Part shown: positions 11,551-23,951 of the stretch, piece by piece | Layout: every line of letters starts with the position of its first letter | Position numbering within the stretch: position 1 is the first letter of the stretch | Source: Anthoceros angustus | Lineage: Eukaryota > Plantae > Anthocerotophyta | DNA: 64,000 bases | Direction: 5' to 3' | NCBI GenBank assembly: GCA_010909165.1 | Contig: MU008190.1 | Coordinates: 124,001-188,000 of the forward strand | Notes under the pieces: generated by a model | The model's database searches: none | The model's input: the letters and a program-made list of their open reading frames with translations, nothing else | Told to the model about the DNA's origin: nothing | Position numbers and translations under genes: made by a program

Positions 11551-12940
11551 CCGGCTCATCTCCCTTTCTCCTTGTTTTAAAAGAACTCGACCCACTGCGG
11601 CCAGTCGAGAAAAGGGAACACCACCCTCGCGTCTCCTCCCCCTCGCTGGCGCTCTTGCCTCAGCGCCTCTTTTCCTCCTTGCTGCCATGCCTTTGGTTTC
11701 CTTCCTCCGCCCGCCCGCCCGTTACTGGCCCGGCTCGCCTCCTACACAGAGCGACTCGGCCCAGCGCGGTTGCATCGCGCCCTTCTGCGGCTCCGCTCGG
11801 CGCACGGCACGGAATTCGCGACCTCGCGGTCTTTGGGTGTGTCCGTCTCGATTCTCCGATCGGCGGCCAGCTCATACTAGGGTTGTAAACTCCCCACAGT
11901 GCATGCGTCCGTTCTTGACCACCGTGGTGGGCCGGCTACCTCCCCACTTGATGCAGCGTGGCGGGATGTAGGCACCTAGCATATATAGACACTTTCTTAT
12001 TTCTAAAATTACCAAAACCCAAGGACTCTATTTCCGACCTACCTATCCGGGGTCGAAAACCTAAGGTCCAAAAAAGAAAATTATTATCCCAAGGGCCAAG
12101 GACCATTCTCGTATAAAAGACCTTACCCAGGCGATTCTCAAAGCACTTTGCTATACAAACACTCCCAAAACAAAAAAAATCATTCATCCCGACACTTCAG
12201 AGAGGGGTTAGTGTACATGTGGTCTTCCACAATAGCATACCCAGTATGGCCAATAAGAGCCACGACGACCTCAATAACATGGCGAGAAGAGCCAACAATC
12301 AAGATGAGAGACCTTGTCAGCTCAACTGGTGTGCACTTAGTTAAAAAGTTAAAACCAATGTTCAAAAATGATGCATGCAAGTCATCTACAATAAGAGACC
12401 TTAAGCATGGCAATATACTTCAACATATTGACTGCAAAACCTTCCAACATAGAGAGAGAAAACCTTCAAACGGAGAGATAAGCAAAGGAGTTGCGTAGCG
12501 GTCGAGAGGGATAACATACATCGTATACACCATAAGCTCAGGGCGGGTTTACCTCATCGCCACTGGTCGTAATATGACTAATCAATCAACGGATATAGGT
12601 TCTTGATGCGAGAGTAGGCGAAGAGTATTGTGAATTCTCCCGTGCAATATACTCAACCAAGATATCTTTAGAGATAATGTATGAAGAGCAACTTGATATC
12701 ATACATTAGGTAGCTTGAAAGGCTACAGTGGCCAGCTCGAAGGGCAACGGCGGCAAGCTCGAAGGAGTATATAGAAGTCAAGTTACATGTACCATACTCA
12801 CCACCATTCATATTATGAACACTCGTTCTCATGTGAAAGCTCATAGATAGTCACGCCACACATATTATACCTATTCTACAAAGCGAGGAGATGAGTCTTG
12901 GCGCGGAAAATCAAACATGATACACTTTAGTGGTACATAC

Positions 12941-13128
12941 TGTTAGAAAGTGTAGTGAAAGCGGAAGCTTGCAATTAAGAGAAAATGAATTAAGGGTCAC
13001 AAGGCCATAAGGCATGAGTGCTTAAATACTAGGGAAAGTGGCTCTTCGCTAGTGACTCTTCACGAACCCTATGGCCTAGATAAAGTAGGACACTAAATAA
13101 TATTAACGCTTACTAATTATTTCTAACA
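12941..13128 (-). repeat. 3' LTR of the outer element (188 bp)
   Basis: tgttagaaag...ttctaaca; about 5 substitutions and 1 indel versus 22330-22518, counted by eye. Confidence 0.95.
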
Positions 13129-13198
13129 CCTCTTAAACTTAATACCCTATTTAGGATAATTGATCCGGGGACGAGGGGACTAGCGGGCTGCCAGGCGA

Positions 13199-14697
13199 TT
13201 AGGTGAAGCTCTGAGCTTGATCCGCCTGTAGGCTGGCATGCGTGGTGTCTGGCCGGGATATCCGCCGGAGGACGAGTGTTGAGTCCGCCTCTCGGCCGAA
13301 AACGAGGCTCAGGGAGCGAGTGTTGTGCAGTGTGGCGGAGGCAGTGATGTTGAGCTTGTACAGATCCTGGATAGGTAGTCCCTTGAACACACAGGTGTGT
13401 GGGGAGCTACGCCTGTAGAAGCAGCAGTGCTCATGATCCGCTCGCAAGTTGAATTGCTGAAGGCGCATGAGCTGGCTCATGGACATCAAGTTCTTTGCCA
13501 TGGTGGGCACGAAGAGGACGTCTTCCAGCAAAAGATATGAGCCATCATTGAGTTTGAAGGTACAGGTACCTTTGCCTTGTATCTGCAAGCTGGTTCTGCT
13601 CTGCTCGTCGCCTAACATGACCTTGTCACTCCCGGAGGCAAGTGTCAAGGTGGTGAACAGACCTTTGTCCTTGCAGATGTGTGTGGTAGCTCCAGAGTCG
13701 AGGTACCAACAACCGTCGTCGTTGACGGAGCTCGACAGGCAGACCGTGAGTATCTTCACCTGTGCCTTCGATGCGTCGTTGACTGCGACACTTGCAGCCG
13801 GTTTGGGTAGCTTCTGGGGCTCACCCGCCTTTTTCTTACGGCACTCACGTGCCCAGTGTCCAGGTATGCCACGCCAATTGCAATTACCTGGGCGTCTAGT
13901 AGAGGACGTCTCTCCACGCTGACCTGGTGGAGAGGTGCTCCTCGGTCTTCCTTTGTCCTTGGGTGGTTGGCCTCTGCGGAAGTTGGCTGCTAACACCTTA
14001 TCCATCTTGTTCTTAGGAACGCCAGATGAGAAGGCTCGACTTTGCTCCTCCTGGAACAACGCACCGATCACTTCTTCCAAGGTGATGGTCGTTGTTGCAC
14101 CGAGCGATAAGCGATTCGCGGGCGTTCGACTAGTGACAAAGGTTTGGTAGGAGAGAGGAAGGGTTGTGACGAATCACAACATCTACCTCCGACATCTTCT
14201 CTCCGATCAGAGGTGTGGGCTCTAAGGTGTCGAACTTCTTTGGTGTGCCACCTTGTCTCCTTCCTTCATCTTCAAGGCGAAAAACTCTTGTCTAAGCGCA
14301 GTGTCATTAAGTTTTGGACCTTGTATGTCTTCTCCAAGTGGTTCCGGATCTAGTGGCGAGTTGTAGAACTCAGCGTCAGGAGATGCATCGAGTCCGGATG
14401 AGGCGCTACGCTATGGCATTGTCTTGGTCCCACTTGGCAATTTCGGGGTAGGTGCGGGTGTGGGCTGGATCCGGCTTCTTGTATGATCCGTCCGTACCCC
14501 CCTGCCGTGCCGCAAGTGGTCTTCATCCTTACGCGCCAGGTGGGGTAGCCATCTCCTTTGAACCTGTCCGTCTCTCTGAGTTCTGAAGTAACTATAGGTG
14601 AACTCATTGTCGCCAAGTGGACAGGAGGAGGGTGAGGAAGAAGGTTTAAGTTTTGGAAACTGGTGATTAGGCTGTTCAACTGTGCCGCTGTAAGCAT
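13199..14697 (-). pseudogene. Copia gag, zinc knuckle and aspartic protease of the outer element (frameshifted in gag)
   Basis: FKGDGYPTWRVRM (Copia gag N-terminus); degenerate knuckle CNWRGIPGHWAREC; CWYLDSGATTHIC protease; DVLFVPTMAKNLMSMSQL. The frame ends before any integrase. Confidence 0.9.
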
Positions 14698-14848
14698 GAA
14701 AACTTGAGCTAAGTAGGATTACGGCTACGACGTTGTAGCTACCTGATCCCTCTCAAAATGAGTTCAGTGGCATAAGAAACTAATTATGTTTAGAGGGCAG
14801 GAGAAATGGGAGAGTTTTGATGGAGAACGGGAATAACTAGAAAAAATT

Positions 14849-15103
14849 TGAAGGAATAATTATTGTTTATGTGTTGACTCATGCTAGGGTTATGTTACCT
14901 TAGTTTAGTTAACCTATCGATGTGTAAACTAGGTCTAGTCACCTAGTACCCTTTCGGTAGGGTTGTGACTCTTACAGTGGGCGTAACACTTGGTATCTTA
15001 ATTAGGTTGTTTTAAGCATAAGCAAGTTACTCTTTTATTTGATCTTTCAATTCAATCAATAATGTAATTGTGTTTTATTAATTCAATTCACATAAAATCT
15101 TCA
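14849..15103 (+). repeat. 5' LTR of the inner Copia (255 bp)
   Basis: Identical to 21456-21708 except for one indel-like cluster and a 2-bp indel. Confidence 0.95.
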
Positions 15104-16254
15104 TGGTATCGGGCGAGGATAGATGGAGATGCATCTAGTATGCACACAAATTTTCTGCATTAGAAGATGTGCAGAAAGATGTGTTTTATTATTGTTTTGA
15201 ATAATAACATGTTCTTGAAAAGGAACTTTTAAAGAAACATCAAGAAATGAATTTTGTGTTGTTTTCTTTAAAAATCTATACAAATTCTTGCTGCATTAGG
15301 TAGCCATTCTAGCGTGCATTCATTGAATTGCTCCCTTGAGCAATTGCAATGAACATACACTAAACGGTGCCCAATGGGCAAAATTATATATAGAAAAATA
15401 CAAAAGAAATATAAGATGCAGAATTTCTGCACTTATAAAACACAAATCCCTGTTCTGGCACATGGCCAATTTAGATGCGCACCGGGGTCGCAACACCACC
15501 TACTCGTAATCATCCTAGGCAAAATAGGTCAAGAATTGCTGATGGGCACACAATTGCTTCTCAGTTACATTCTGGCATCCTACAATGGAGCCAACAAAAC
15601 CAAAATAGACCTATGCAAATTGCTGATCCGAGAGACATTTAATACTATTGTGGAATTTCTCTATCCTCAAGAGCGAGAATCGGTGTTTACTCTTCCTCCA
15701 AGAAATCCACTAAATTGCTGCGTGTACAAAGAGCTTTTGATGGAAGCAGGCAGCCCGTGGTTTCATCACAACTCAAGCTGCCACAAACACGAGTGTCAGC
15801 ACAATAATTAATCGCATCGAAGCAAATAATAGGATAGTGGACAGACGCTGCACACAAATTAATGGACACTTGTCTACAGCAAGCGTTGACTTACAGGATC
15901 TGAAGGAGCAAGTTGCACACTTGGACTACAAGCTGGTTATGCTGCTGAAGCCCGAGATGCTCAAAAATCCATGTTGAAACACGCTGTAAACACGCAGTAA
16001 GACAAATCGTGAGCGCTTTAGCTCACTTAACTCGTGTCCATCTTGCTCCACGTATGCCTACAATAGGTTCGAGATGAGGAGCTCCAAAATTGCAGCCTAC
16101 GAGGAGGATCTCGGGATCAAAACCGCAACGCCGTAATCAACAAGCGTTATGAGCGGTGTGTCCGATCGGGGCTTTTGGGGATATATTCAATACTGAATTT
16201 GAACGAGGTCGAACAACAAGCCATAAATATGGCAACGCACCTCAACTCCAAACT

Positions 16255-19200
16255 ATGGAGGTAATGAATCCTTCAAGGAGAAGGATCGGTTCAATGGCAA
16301 TGACTTTGACATATGGCGGATCCGGATGGAGGGCGTCCTCGAAATGAGGGCTCTTGAAACATGCAACCGGAAAGGTAGTGAAACCAGACGAGGATCTTGG
16401 AGAAGAAGAATGGTTAGCTAAGGATAGCGGAGCCAAGTACCTCATTCGCGGTGGCACGACAAGAAATGTTGAGGAGGCGGGGTGGAAACTTCAGCCGAAA
16501 TCATGGAATCGTCTAAAGGAACTCTACGCGAACATGGTCGGTCTGATGACTTTAAGAAATTTCGAACTTGAGAATGAAGGATGGGGACTCGGTGGAGAAG
16601 CACGTGAGTACCTTTAGGACCCTAGCCTCCCGGCCTGTGGTGCCTCTAAAGTTGCCATCAAGGATGATGAGATGGTGATGAGGCTCCTTCTTCGCTTCGA
16701 GTCTTGGTCACACGTGACCTCCCACACACCGCAGACAAGCTACATTAGCTAAGAAGCAAGGCATGAGATGCTCGAGACACAAGCTACTGTTAGCTAAGAA
16801 GCAAGGCATGAGATGCGAGATGTCATTCTCACAACTTGTGAGTTCCATGCTGAAGAGGCAAGCGGAACTAATCACAAGAAAGCGAGGAAACAACAGCCAC
16901 ACCTCAAATCAAGGGCGAGGAGGCAAGAAATCCTTCTCCAAAGGAGGTGGTGGAAATCCTTCCAAGGGAGGTAGCTCAGCGGATCCTCATCCGAAGAAGA
17001 CTAAAAGCCGTGCACACGCTGCAAGCTGGACATTGGGAAAAGAGTGTCGCAAAAGCAAGCTGGAATTCCTCAAGGAGGGCACCAGTGACGCCAATGTTGT
17101 GGTAAAGAAGGCTAATACCCCATCAGCTCTTACTTGGGGACTAGGGAGTTTGCTAGTCCATTCTTCCCACTTGCCTTCGCCAAAGCTAATGAAACCAATA
17201 GATGAATGGTATTTAGATACGGTGCTCACACATCGCTTTGATAGAAATGCTTTCAAAACATATAGGTCTTTTCCGGATCGGTATGTTTACCTTGGGGACG
17301 ACAGTCTCTAGTCTCACTGGTCGTGGTACGTTGAGTTGCTAGTTCCTGAGGATCACACTCATGTTGTTAGAAGTCTACTATGTGCGAAATGACTAGAAAC
17401 CTTATTTGATCGAGATTGAATCACGATAACAACACGTTGTTTTCACTAGACATTGTAGAATCATAGATGCTATTGACCCTAGAAAGGTCCTTGCACATGG
17501 GTCTTGGACCACGATCTGCCGTCTCCATTTGCACATGGAGTAGCGAGTCCCACGACACAAGATGTCTCCTTGCATCCGCACAACAAACAAAGTCTAAGTT
17601 GTGGCATGCACGCTTGGGTCACCCTCACATGGCAAAGCTGCAAAAATTGGCTGGTGACGTATCAAGATGGACCTATTGGCCCTTTGATCGCCATACCTTT
17701 ATGTGAGGCTTGTGTGTTGTCGAAGAAACACCAAGCTGCCTTCAAGAACAAAGCACCTCATCGTCGATGATCTCCTTGAGCTTGTACATCGACCTATGTG
17801 GACCCTTATCTCAAGCGTCCATAGGAGGTGGGCGTTATTTTCTAACGTTACGGATGACAAGAGCATTTGTCACCACCTATATCCTCAAGAACAAAAGCGA
17901 ATGTTTCTCCTACTTCAAGGAATACATCAAATTCTGAGCGTTGGACAAAACGACTCAAGACCGAGATCGATAATGGCGGGAATTTACATCTAATGAATTC
18001 CATTACGTAAAGATGAAGGCATTGGGCCAACTCACCGTCGTATACACTCCACAGAGAATGGAGTGGCGGGCGCTTGAACCTCACATTGCGGAGATGGTCT
18101 CCTCATTGTTACATGATGCTCATTTGCCACTACCTCTGAGAGGCTTTGATGACTTCAACTTTTCTACCGAATGTTACCCACCACCGCAGCTTGAAGGCAA
18201 AACTCCTTATGAGGCTTTTACGGTGAAGCCCTCTATTCAACACTTGAGGACCTTGGTGTCATATGCCTTCATCCCTAAGCGAAGCGATAAGTCGGATAAG
18301 TCATGTGCTTATCTTTGGATCTGAGAGGGATTAAAGCTTACAAGCTATATGATGTCCCTACCAATAGAGTCATCTATGCTGAGTGTTACATTTGATGAAA
18401 CAAGTACTTGGGCGTCGGTGGGAGCACACCATGTTCCCACACGAAGATAGTGAGGAAACCTTTGAACTCTCTCACTATGACTGACGGATCATGGCACTCT
18501 TGCTCATACTCCACTGTTGAGGAACATGCTCCTGCAGGAGGGGCAATCAGCGATGTTAGGAGAAGAACAACACTCGACATTCAACGAAATGCCACGCGGA
18601 TCTACGGATCACATTCCTCAACCGGTATAGCGATGATGCAACAACGATCGATCGAGGATGCTCGAGGAATTAGAGGAAGTTAATGATGTACTTCCTGCTG
18701 ATGAGCCAGAGCCTACTCGACGTTACCCTACACGTGAACGTCGACCTCCTGACTACTATCATGCACCCGACTTCAGGATTACCTCTTCTCATGTGAAGGC
18801 TTATGCTGCCACAGCATTAGATCCCATAGAGCCACAGTCTTATGAGGAAGCCCTCAGCAGGCCTGATCACAAGGAATGGAGAAAGGCAATCCAGTCAGAA
18901 TATGATTCTCTTATCGAGAATGGAACTTGGGAACTAGCAAAGTTGCCCAAGGCGTAAAACTGTCATGTAAATGGGTCTTTAAATTGAAGGTCAAGGCGGA
19001 TGGATCGTTTGATAGATACAAGGCCGATTGGTTGCTAGAGGTTTCACACAAATTCCGAGTTTAGATTACCTCGAAACCTTTGCTCCCCGTCAAGCTTGCT
19101 ACTTTTACCATGTGTGCGATTGTCACCGACAAGGACTACGATGAGGATGTTTGATGTGAAGACGGCTTTCTTGCATGGAATCCTTGATACGAGATCTACA

Positions 19201-20344
19201 TGCACACCACAGTTATGAGGTTAACGGCAAGGAGGATTATGCTTGCAAACTAATTAAGTGCCTCTATGGACTTAAGCGATTGCAATGAAATGGAATCGCC
19301 TGGACAAGGAGTTGCGAGCTCTAGGTTTTACAAAAAGTAAGGCCTGACTTATACGTATACATCAAGAATGATAATGTCTTAGCCATTTGTTATGTCGATG
19401 ACCTCATCCTTGCAAGCAACACTGGACTTTATCTCTTCGATCACGAATCTGTTGGCACAAAAATTCAAGATGTCAGACCTTGGACCTTTGCAAAGTTGCT
19501 TAGGAATACACATTCGAAGCAGAAAAAGGATCCTTACCATGACTCGATATCTCTGGAAAGTGCAGAGCGCTTAGGACTCAAAGATGCCAAACCCGCAACA
19601 CCTCTTCCAAGTGGTCTCAAGTTGAGCAAAGATATGTCGCCCATTACGGTCAGAAGGACGATATGAGAAATGTGCCATACAGGCAAGGTGTGGGCAAACT
19701 CATATATGTTGCCAATACAACACGACCAGAGGTAGCGTACTCGACAAGTGCTCTGTCCCAGTATCTCGAAAACCCTGGGCAGACACATTGGACTTGTGTT
19801 AAGAGGGTTTTTTCCGGTATCTGAAAGGCACACCAAACAGGGGTATTGTGTATACTCACAAAGATGGTGTGGCAGACCTCGACGTGTACACCGATTCGAT
19901 TAGGTGACATAGATACGAGGAGGTCGGTTTGTTATGTGGTGAGCTATCTTTGGAGGACCTATTTGTTGGTCAAGCAAAAAGCAACCAGTTGCACTCTCAA
20001 GCACAGAGGCGGAATACAGAGTACTTACCGCTGCAGCGAAGGAGGTTATTTGGCTAAAACTGCTGTTTTCGGAGCTTGGCATTGAGTTGCTTGCTTGCAC
20101 AAAAATCAGAACCGACAACCAAGGGTCAATTTCGCTAGCTGAAAATCCCGTCTTCCACTCCAGGACAAAGCATGTGGCAGTGGAATACCACTGGATTAGA
20201 GAGCTACTAGTTGCAAGCACAATATCTCTGGAATACATAGCAACACAAGAAAACCCAGCTGACATTTTCACAAAGGCTTTAGCCAGGGATCTACATGAGA
20301 AGCATGTAAAGTTTTTAGGCCTAGGTGACTCCTCGAGTCCCTAG
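16255..20344 (+). pseudogene. gag-pol of the inner Copia (gag, protease, GAG-pre-integrase, integrase, RT, RNase H), multiply frameshifted
   Basis: FNGNDFDIWRIRM; EWYLD; KLWHARLGHP; LCEACVLSK; DLCGP; EPQSYEEAL..EWRKAIQSEYDSLIENGTWEL; YVDD at ~19392; DNQGSISLAENPVFHSRTKHVAVEYHWIRE; QENPADIFTKAL. Domain order PR-IN-RT-RH is the Copia order. Confidence 0.95.
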
Positions 20345-21455
20345 GTAGTAGTGCATAAAGTCAAGTCATTACGGCAGCATTCTAGCTACGGCCGAAAGAA
20401 GAGCATTCGTCGGTGTAGTCGTTGAAGTTTGTCTCATCACGAGACTTCAAAGAATAGGAATCCCCATCGGACTCGATTCTCAGGCCTGGTGACTCTCCTC
20501 CTCATCTTGAAGGATCGGGGCTGCTATAGGAGCGGTGGTTTTCCTCCACTCTCTCCTTGCACGGCACGAAATCCGCTCTTGATTGGAGGCTCGATTCTTC
20601 TTCCAGCGTATGTTGGATCCCGCCAGACGGTGGGAGCTTAGTATAGCATCTCACATGCACAACTTGAAGATTGCAACGAGTATTGAAGCGGGATCTTACT
20701 ATAAGTCTTGACCACATGAAATGGGTAAGCCAGTTCGACCTTGACACGCGTCTCATCACGGCTTTGGTACGCCCACATAAACCACACACCCCTGCTGCGG
20801 ATGCTTGATGGAGCCATAAGAGGCGATCTGTGTCTCCTTGAGCAGTCTGCAGCTTAGGAAAGCTAGGCTCTTCACGAGGTTAGTCTCATTCTCGGAAAAG
20901 CCGAAATCGGGATTAACATGGGCCTTTACTCTTGTCGCTTTGGAGTGCGGATGAGGCGCGTGCACCCCGCCCATGGGCTCACTTGCTTCTGGCGGCTCGC
21001 CTTGCTAGGACCTCCTTGGTGGGGCCTCGCCTTCCACGAGGCGATTACCTTGGTACCCACCTGGAGTGCTCACATCGTGAGGAACCAGCTGTTCTAGTTG
21101 TGGTAAACCCGCCCATGCGGTCCCTAGGCTGATTTCTGCGGCCTGGAGTCTCGGATGCGAGGCGAAGACATGATGCTCCTGCTTCTCGCACTCCTTAGCC
21201 ACAGGACAATGAGAACTACACTCAAGCACAGGGCGTATGCTATTGTTGAGTAAGCAGCGCACCTTGGTGCAGACCACTTCACACTGGGTGTCTCCATGCT
21301 TTTATTCGCCAAGGAGCTGGGGCGTAAGCTCAGTCTATGGTACTCCGCGTGCAGCAACTAGGGCGTAACGAATCTGCCGCCAGACAAACAGACCGTCAAG
21401 GGACAACACAAGGAACCCACGCGAAGAAGGCATAGTCATGATCAACAAGTGGGAG

Positions 21456-21708
21456 TGAAGGAATAATTATTGTTTATGTGTTGACTCATGCTAGGGTTAT
21501 GTTACCTTAGTTTAGTTAACCTATCGATGTGTAAACTAGGTCTAGTCACCTAGTACCCTTTCGGTAGGGTTGTGACTCTTACGAGTAGGGCAACACTTGG
21601 TATCTTAATTAGGTTGTTTTAAGCATAAGCAAGTTACTCTTATTTGATCTTTCAATTCAATCAATAATGTAATTGTGTTTTATTAATTCAATTCACATAA
21701 AATCTTCA
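21456..21708 (+). repeat. 3' LTR of the inner Copia (253 bp)
   Basis: tgaaggaataat...aaatcttca, matching 14849-15103. Confidence 0.95.
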
Positions 21709-22329
21709 AAATTATGCCTAACTCCGTCTAAATCCTGCCCCCCTCCCCTCTCCCGTGCCCGCGTGCCTGGCAGGAAGCTCGTGCAGCGGCGCCACCGCCC
21801 TCGACGCTCCGCTCACTCACCCGGTGGCGCGTGAGGATTGCCGCTCCTCCTCCCTGGAATTGGAGGCCAAATCTCGATTTTCCTGTGCCTGCAACAAGCA
21901 GACGCGCACCAAGATATATAGCTTCAATGCGGCGGAGGGAGGCCTTCAATTCTCGTGCAATTTTGTTGAATTCCAGCCTGCCGATAGAATTCACAGCATC
22001 ATGTTGTCTCGCAGGTGTAATTGGTGGGGGCCGTAGGTCCAAGCTTGCTTGCAGGTCCAATTCAGGGTGCCGGCGGTGGTAGAAATTGTGAAGAAAACTG
22101 TCTCCGCACGCCTGAGGTGGTGGGCCTGAATGCAACGATGGAGCCTCACGGCAGCGGGTGCACAAGGCTATTGTAGGCCCGTGGGTCATTCTCCGTCGAG
22201 GCAGCCATGTGCCTTGGTTTACATGCCACGGCAGCTCTCCATGTTGAGAACTTCTACGATGGGGCTGCCACCGCGGCATCTCCCTTAGACTCCCGGAGGA
22301 TCATAAGCATGGTGTAGGCTCTGATACCA

Positions 22330-22518
22330 TGTCAGAAAGTGTAGCGAAAGCGGAAGCTTGCAATTAAGAGAAAATGAATTAAGGGTCACAAGGCCATAAG
22401 GCATGAGTGTTTAAATACTAGGGAAAGTGGCTCTTCGCTAGTGACTCTTCGCTGAACCCTATGGCCTAGATAAAGTAGGACACTAAATAATATTAACGTT
22501 TACTAATTATTTCTAACA
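22330..22518 (-). repeat. 5' LTR of the outer element (189 bp)
   Basis: tgtcagaaag...ttctaaca, adjacent to the tRNA-iMet PBS. Confidence 0.95.
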
Positions 22519-23951
22519 CATACTTTAATGGTTGAGTAGATACAAAGACACGCAACTACTAGTTAGTTGGGAAAACATACTAAGCATATCATGTATAGGC
22601 ATGTGTGTAAAAGTATTGCCCAAATACAACAAGAATAGTCTCCAAGCTTCACAATGGTTTTGCGTGTTGCTCTCAAAACTCAAAGATGTGCCTCCGAGTT
22701 GTTGAAAAGCGCATTGAGGTGGTGGAGCAGGTAGCCAATTGAAAAACACATTGAGGCAGTGAGGTAGGGAAGCCCCCGTCAATGTCAGCTCGATGGCGCT
22801 GATGTTGAATGGACTGTGGTTGAGGTACCCCAGTGGCCCATTCGCCAAAGGTGTTCTAAGGCCACACACTCGTGTGGCCAGCATCTTAATGAAATGGAGG
22901 CCAAAAGAGCTCTAACCATAAGTAGGCCTTAAGTGCCCCTCGGGCGCAGTGGTTCAAGCAAATAGGATTGTCAAGAGAGGCAAGGTCCCAAAGAGCGTCA
23001 CTGGTCCTCAAGTGCCTTTTGAGTGTAGTGCTCAAGCAAACATGAGTATCTTGTGAACGTTAGGAGAGCCATGACCGCAAAGAGCGCTAGTAGGCCTTGA
23101 GCGCATCTGAGCGCAACAGCTCAAACAAACATGAGCTCATACAAACATGAGCACTATGAGCGCCACGAGAGTCGTGAATGCCAAGAGGGTTAGTAACGCT
23201 AGGAACATTTGAAGTTTCCTTAGGATTCTTTTAGAGAATTCTTTTAAGCTGAACTCGAACCTCCATCATTTGGTTATGAGCTTCACCGCCTTGCCTAGAG
23301 CGACCAGGTTGCCTGGGATGTAGAGACAACATGGCCCGCTCACCTAAATTGCATATAACTATGGGTCTAACCTTGGTATGTTTCAACACACTTGGGTTGT
23401 ATGGAAACAACCTAAGTGTGCTAGAACAAGCGCGTCCTGGCCATACATTAATTTTTACATAGGTACTATTGCACATGGCTATGCGCATCTCTTTTCTCCC
23501 GTCCATGATTTGTGATATGTTTCAATTGGTTGAAAAATGACTGGGGGTTTATATGCATGTTTAGATGTAAGGCTAATTTTCAAAAAATATACACAAACTA
23601 TGTACTATATGTTTTCTATGCTATTATAGATTTAAGAATTGCAAGACATTCGAAGTATTGAAGAAGGTAATGAAGATATTGGGAACATTATAGTCTCCCT
23701 AGTTAATTTGGAGCAAAACTTGGTAAAATATACTTCAATTATATACTTACTTTAAATTTTAACCAGACATTTGGCAAACTTTCCTTAATAAACTTCTTCT
23801 AAATTTTCAAAAGCAAGCATAGTAGGTACTACAGTCCTTGAAAACTCATATGTGTCATCTCTTTTAATTTACCATTATTTATTAATATTTATTTAATTAT
23901 TTAACAGATTATAATATTGTATAATGTATATAAAAATGACACTAATTACAT

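Larger units (their letters stand above)
14849..21708 (+). mobile_element. Inner full-length Ty1/Copia LTR retrotransposon
   Basis: LTRs at 14849-15103 and 21456-21708 (TG...CA); TSD AAATT at 14844-14848 and 21709-21713; PBS-like TGGTATCGGGCG at 15104; PPT aagtgggag just before 21456. Confidence 0.96.
12941..22518 (-). mobile_element. Outer Copia-type LTR retrotransposon, non-autonomous (gag + protease only), interrupted by a nested Copia
   Basis: LTRs at 12941-13128 and 22330-22518 (TG...CA); 5-bp TSD CATAC at 12936-12940 and 22519-22523; PBS TGGTATCAGAGC on the minus strand at 22318-22329; purine tract aagtttaagagg on the minus strand at 13129-13140. Confidence 0.95.
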
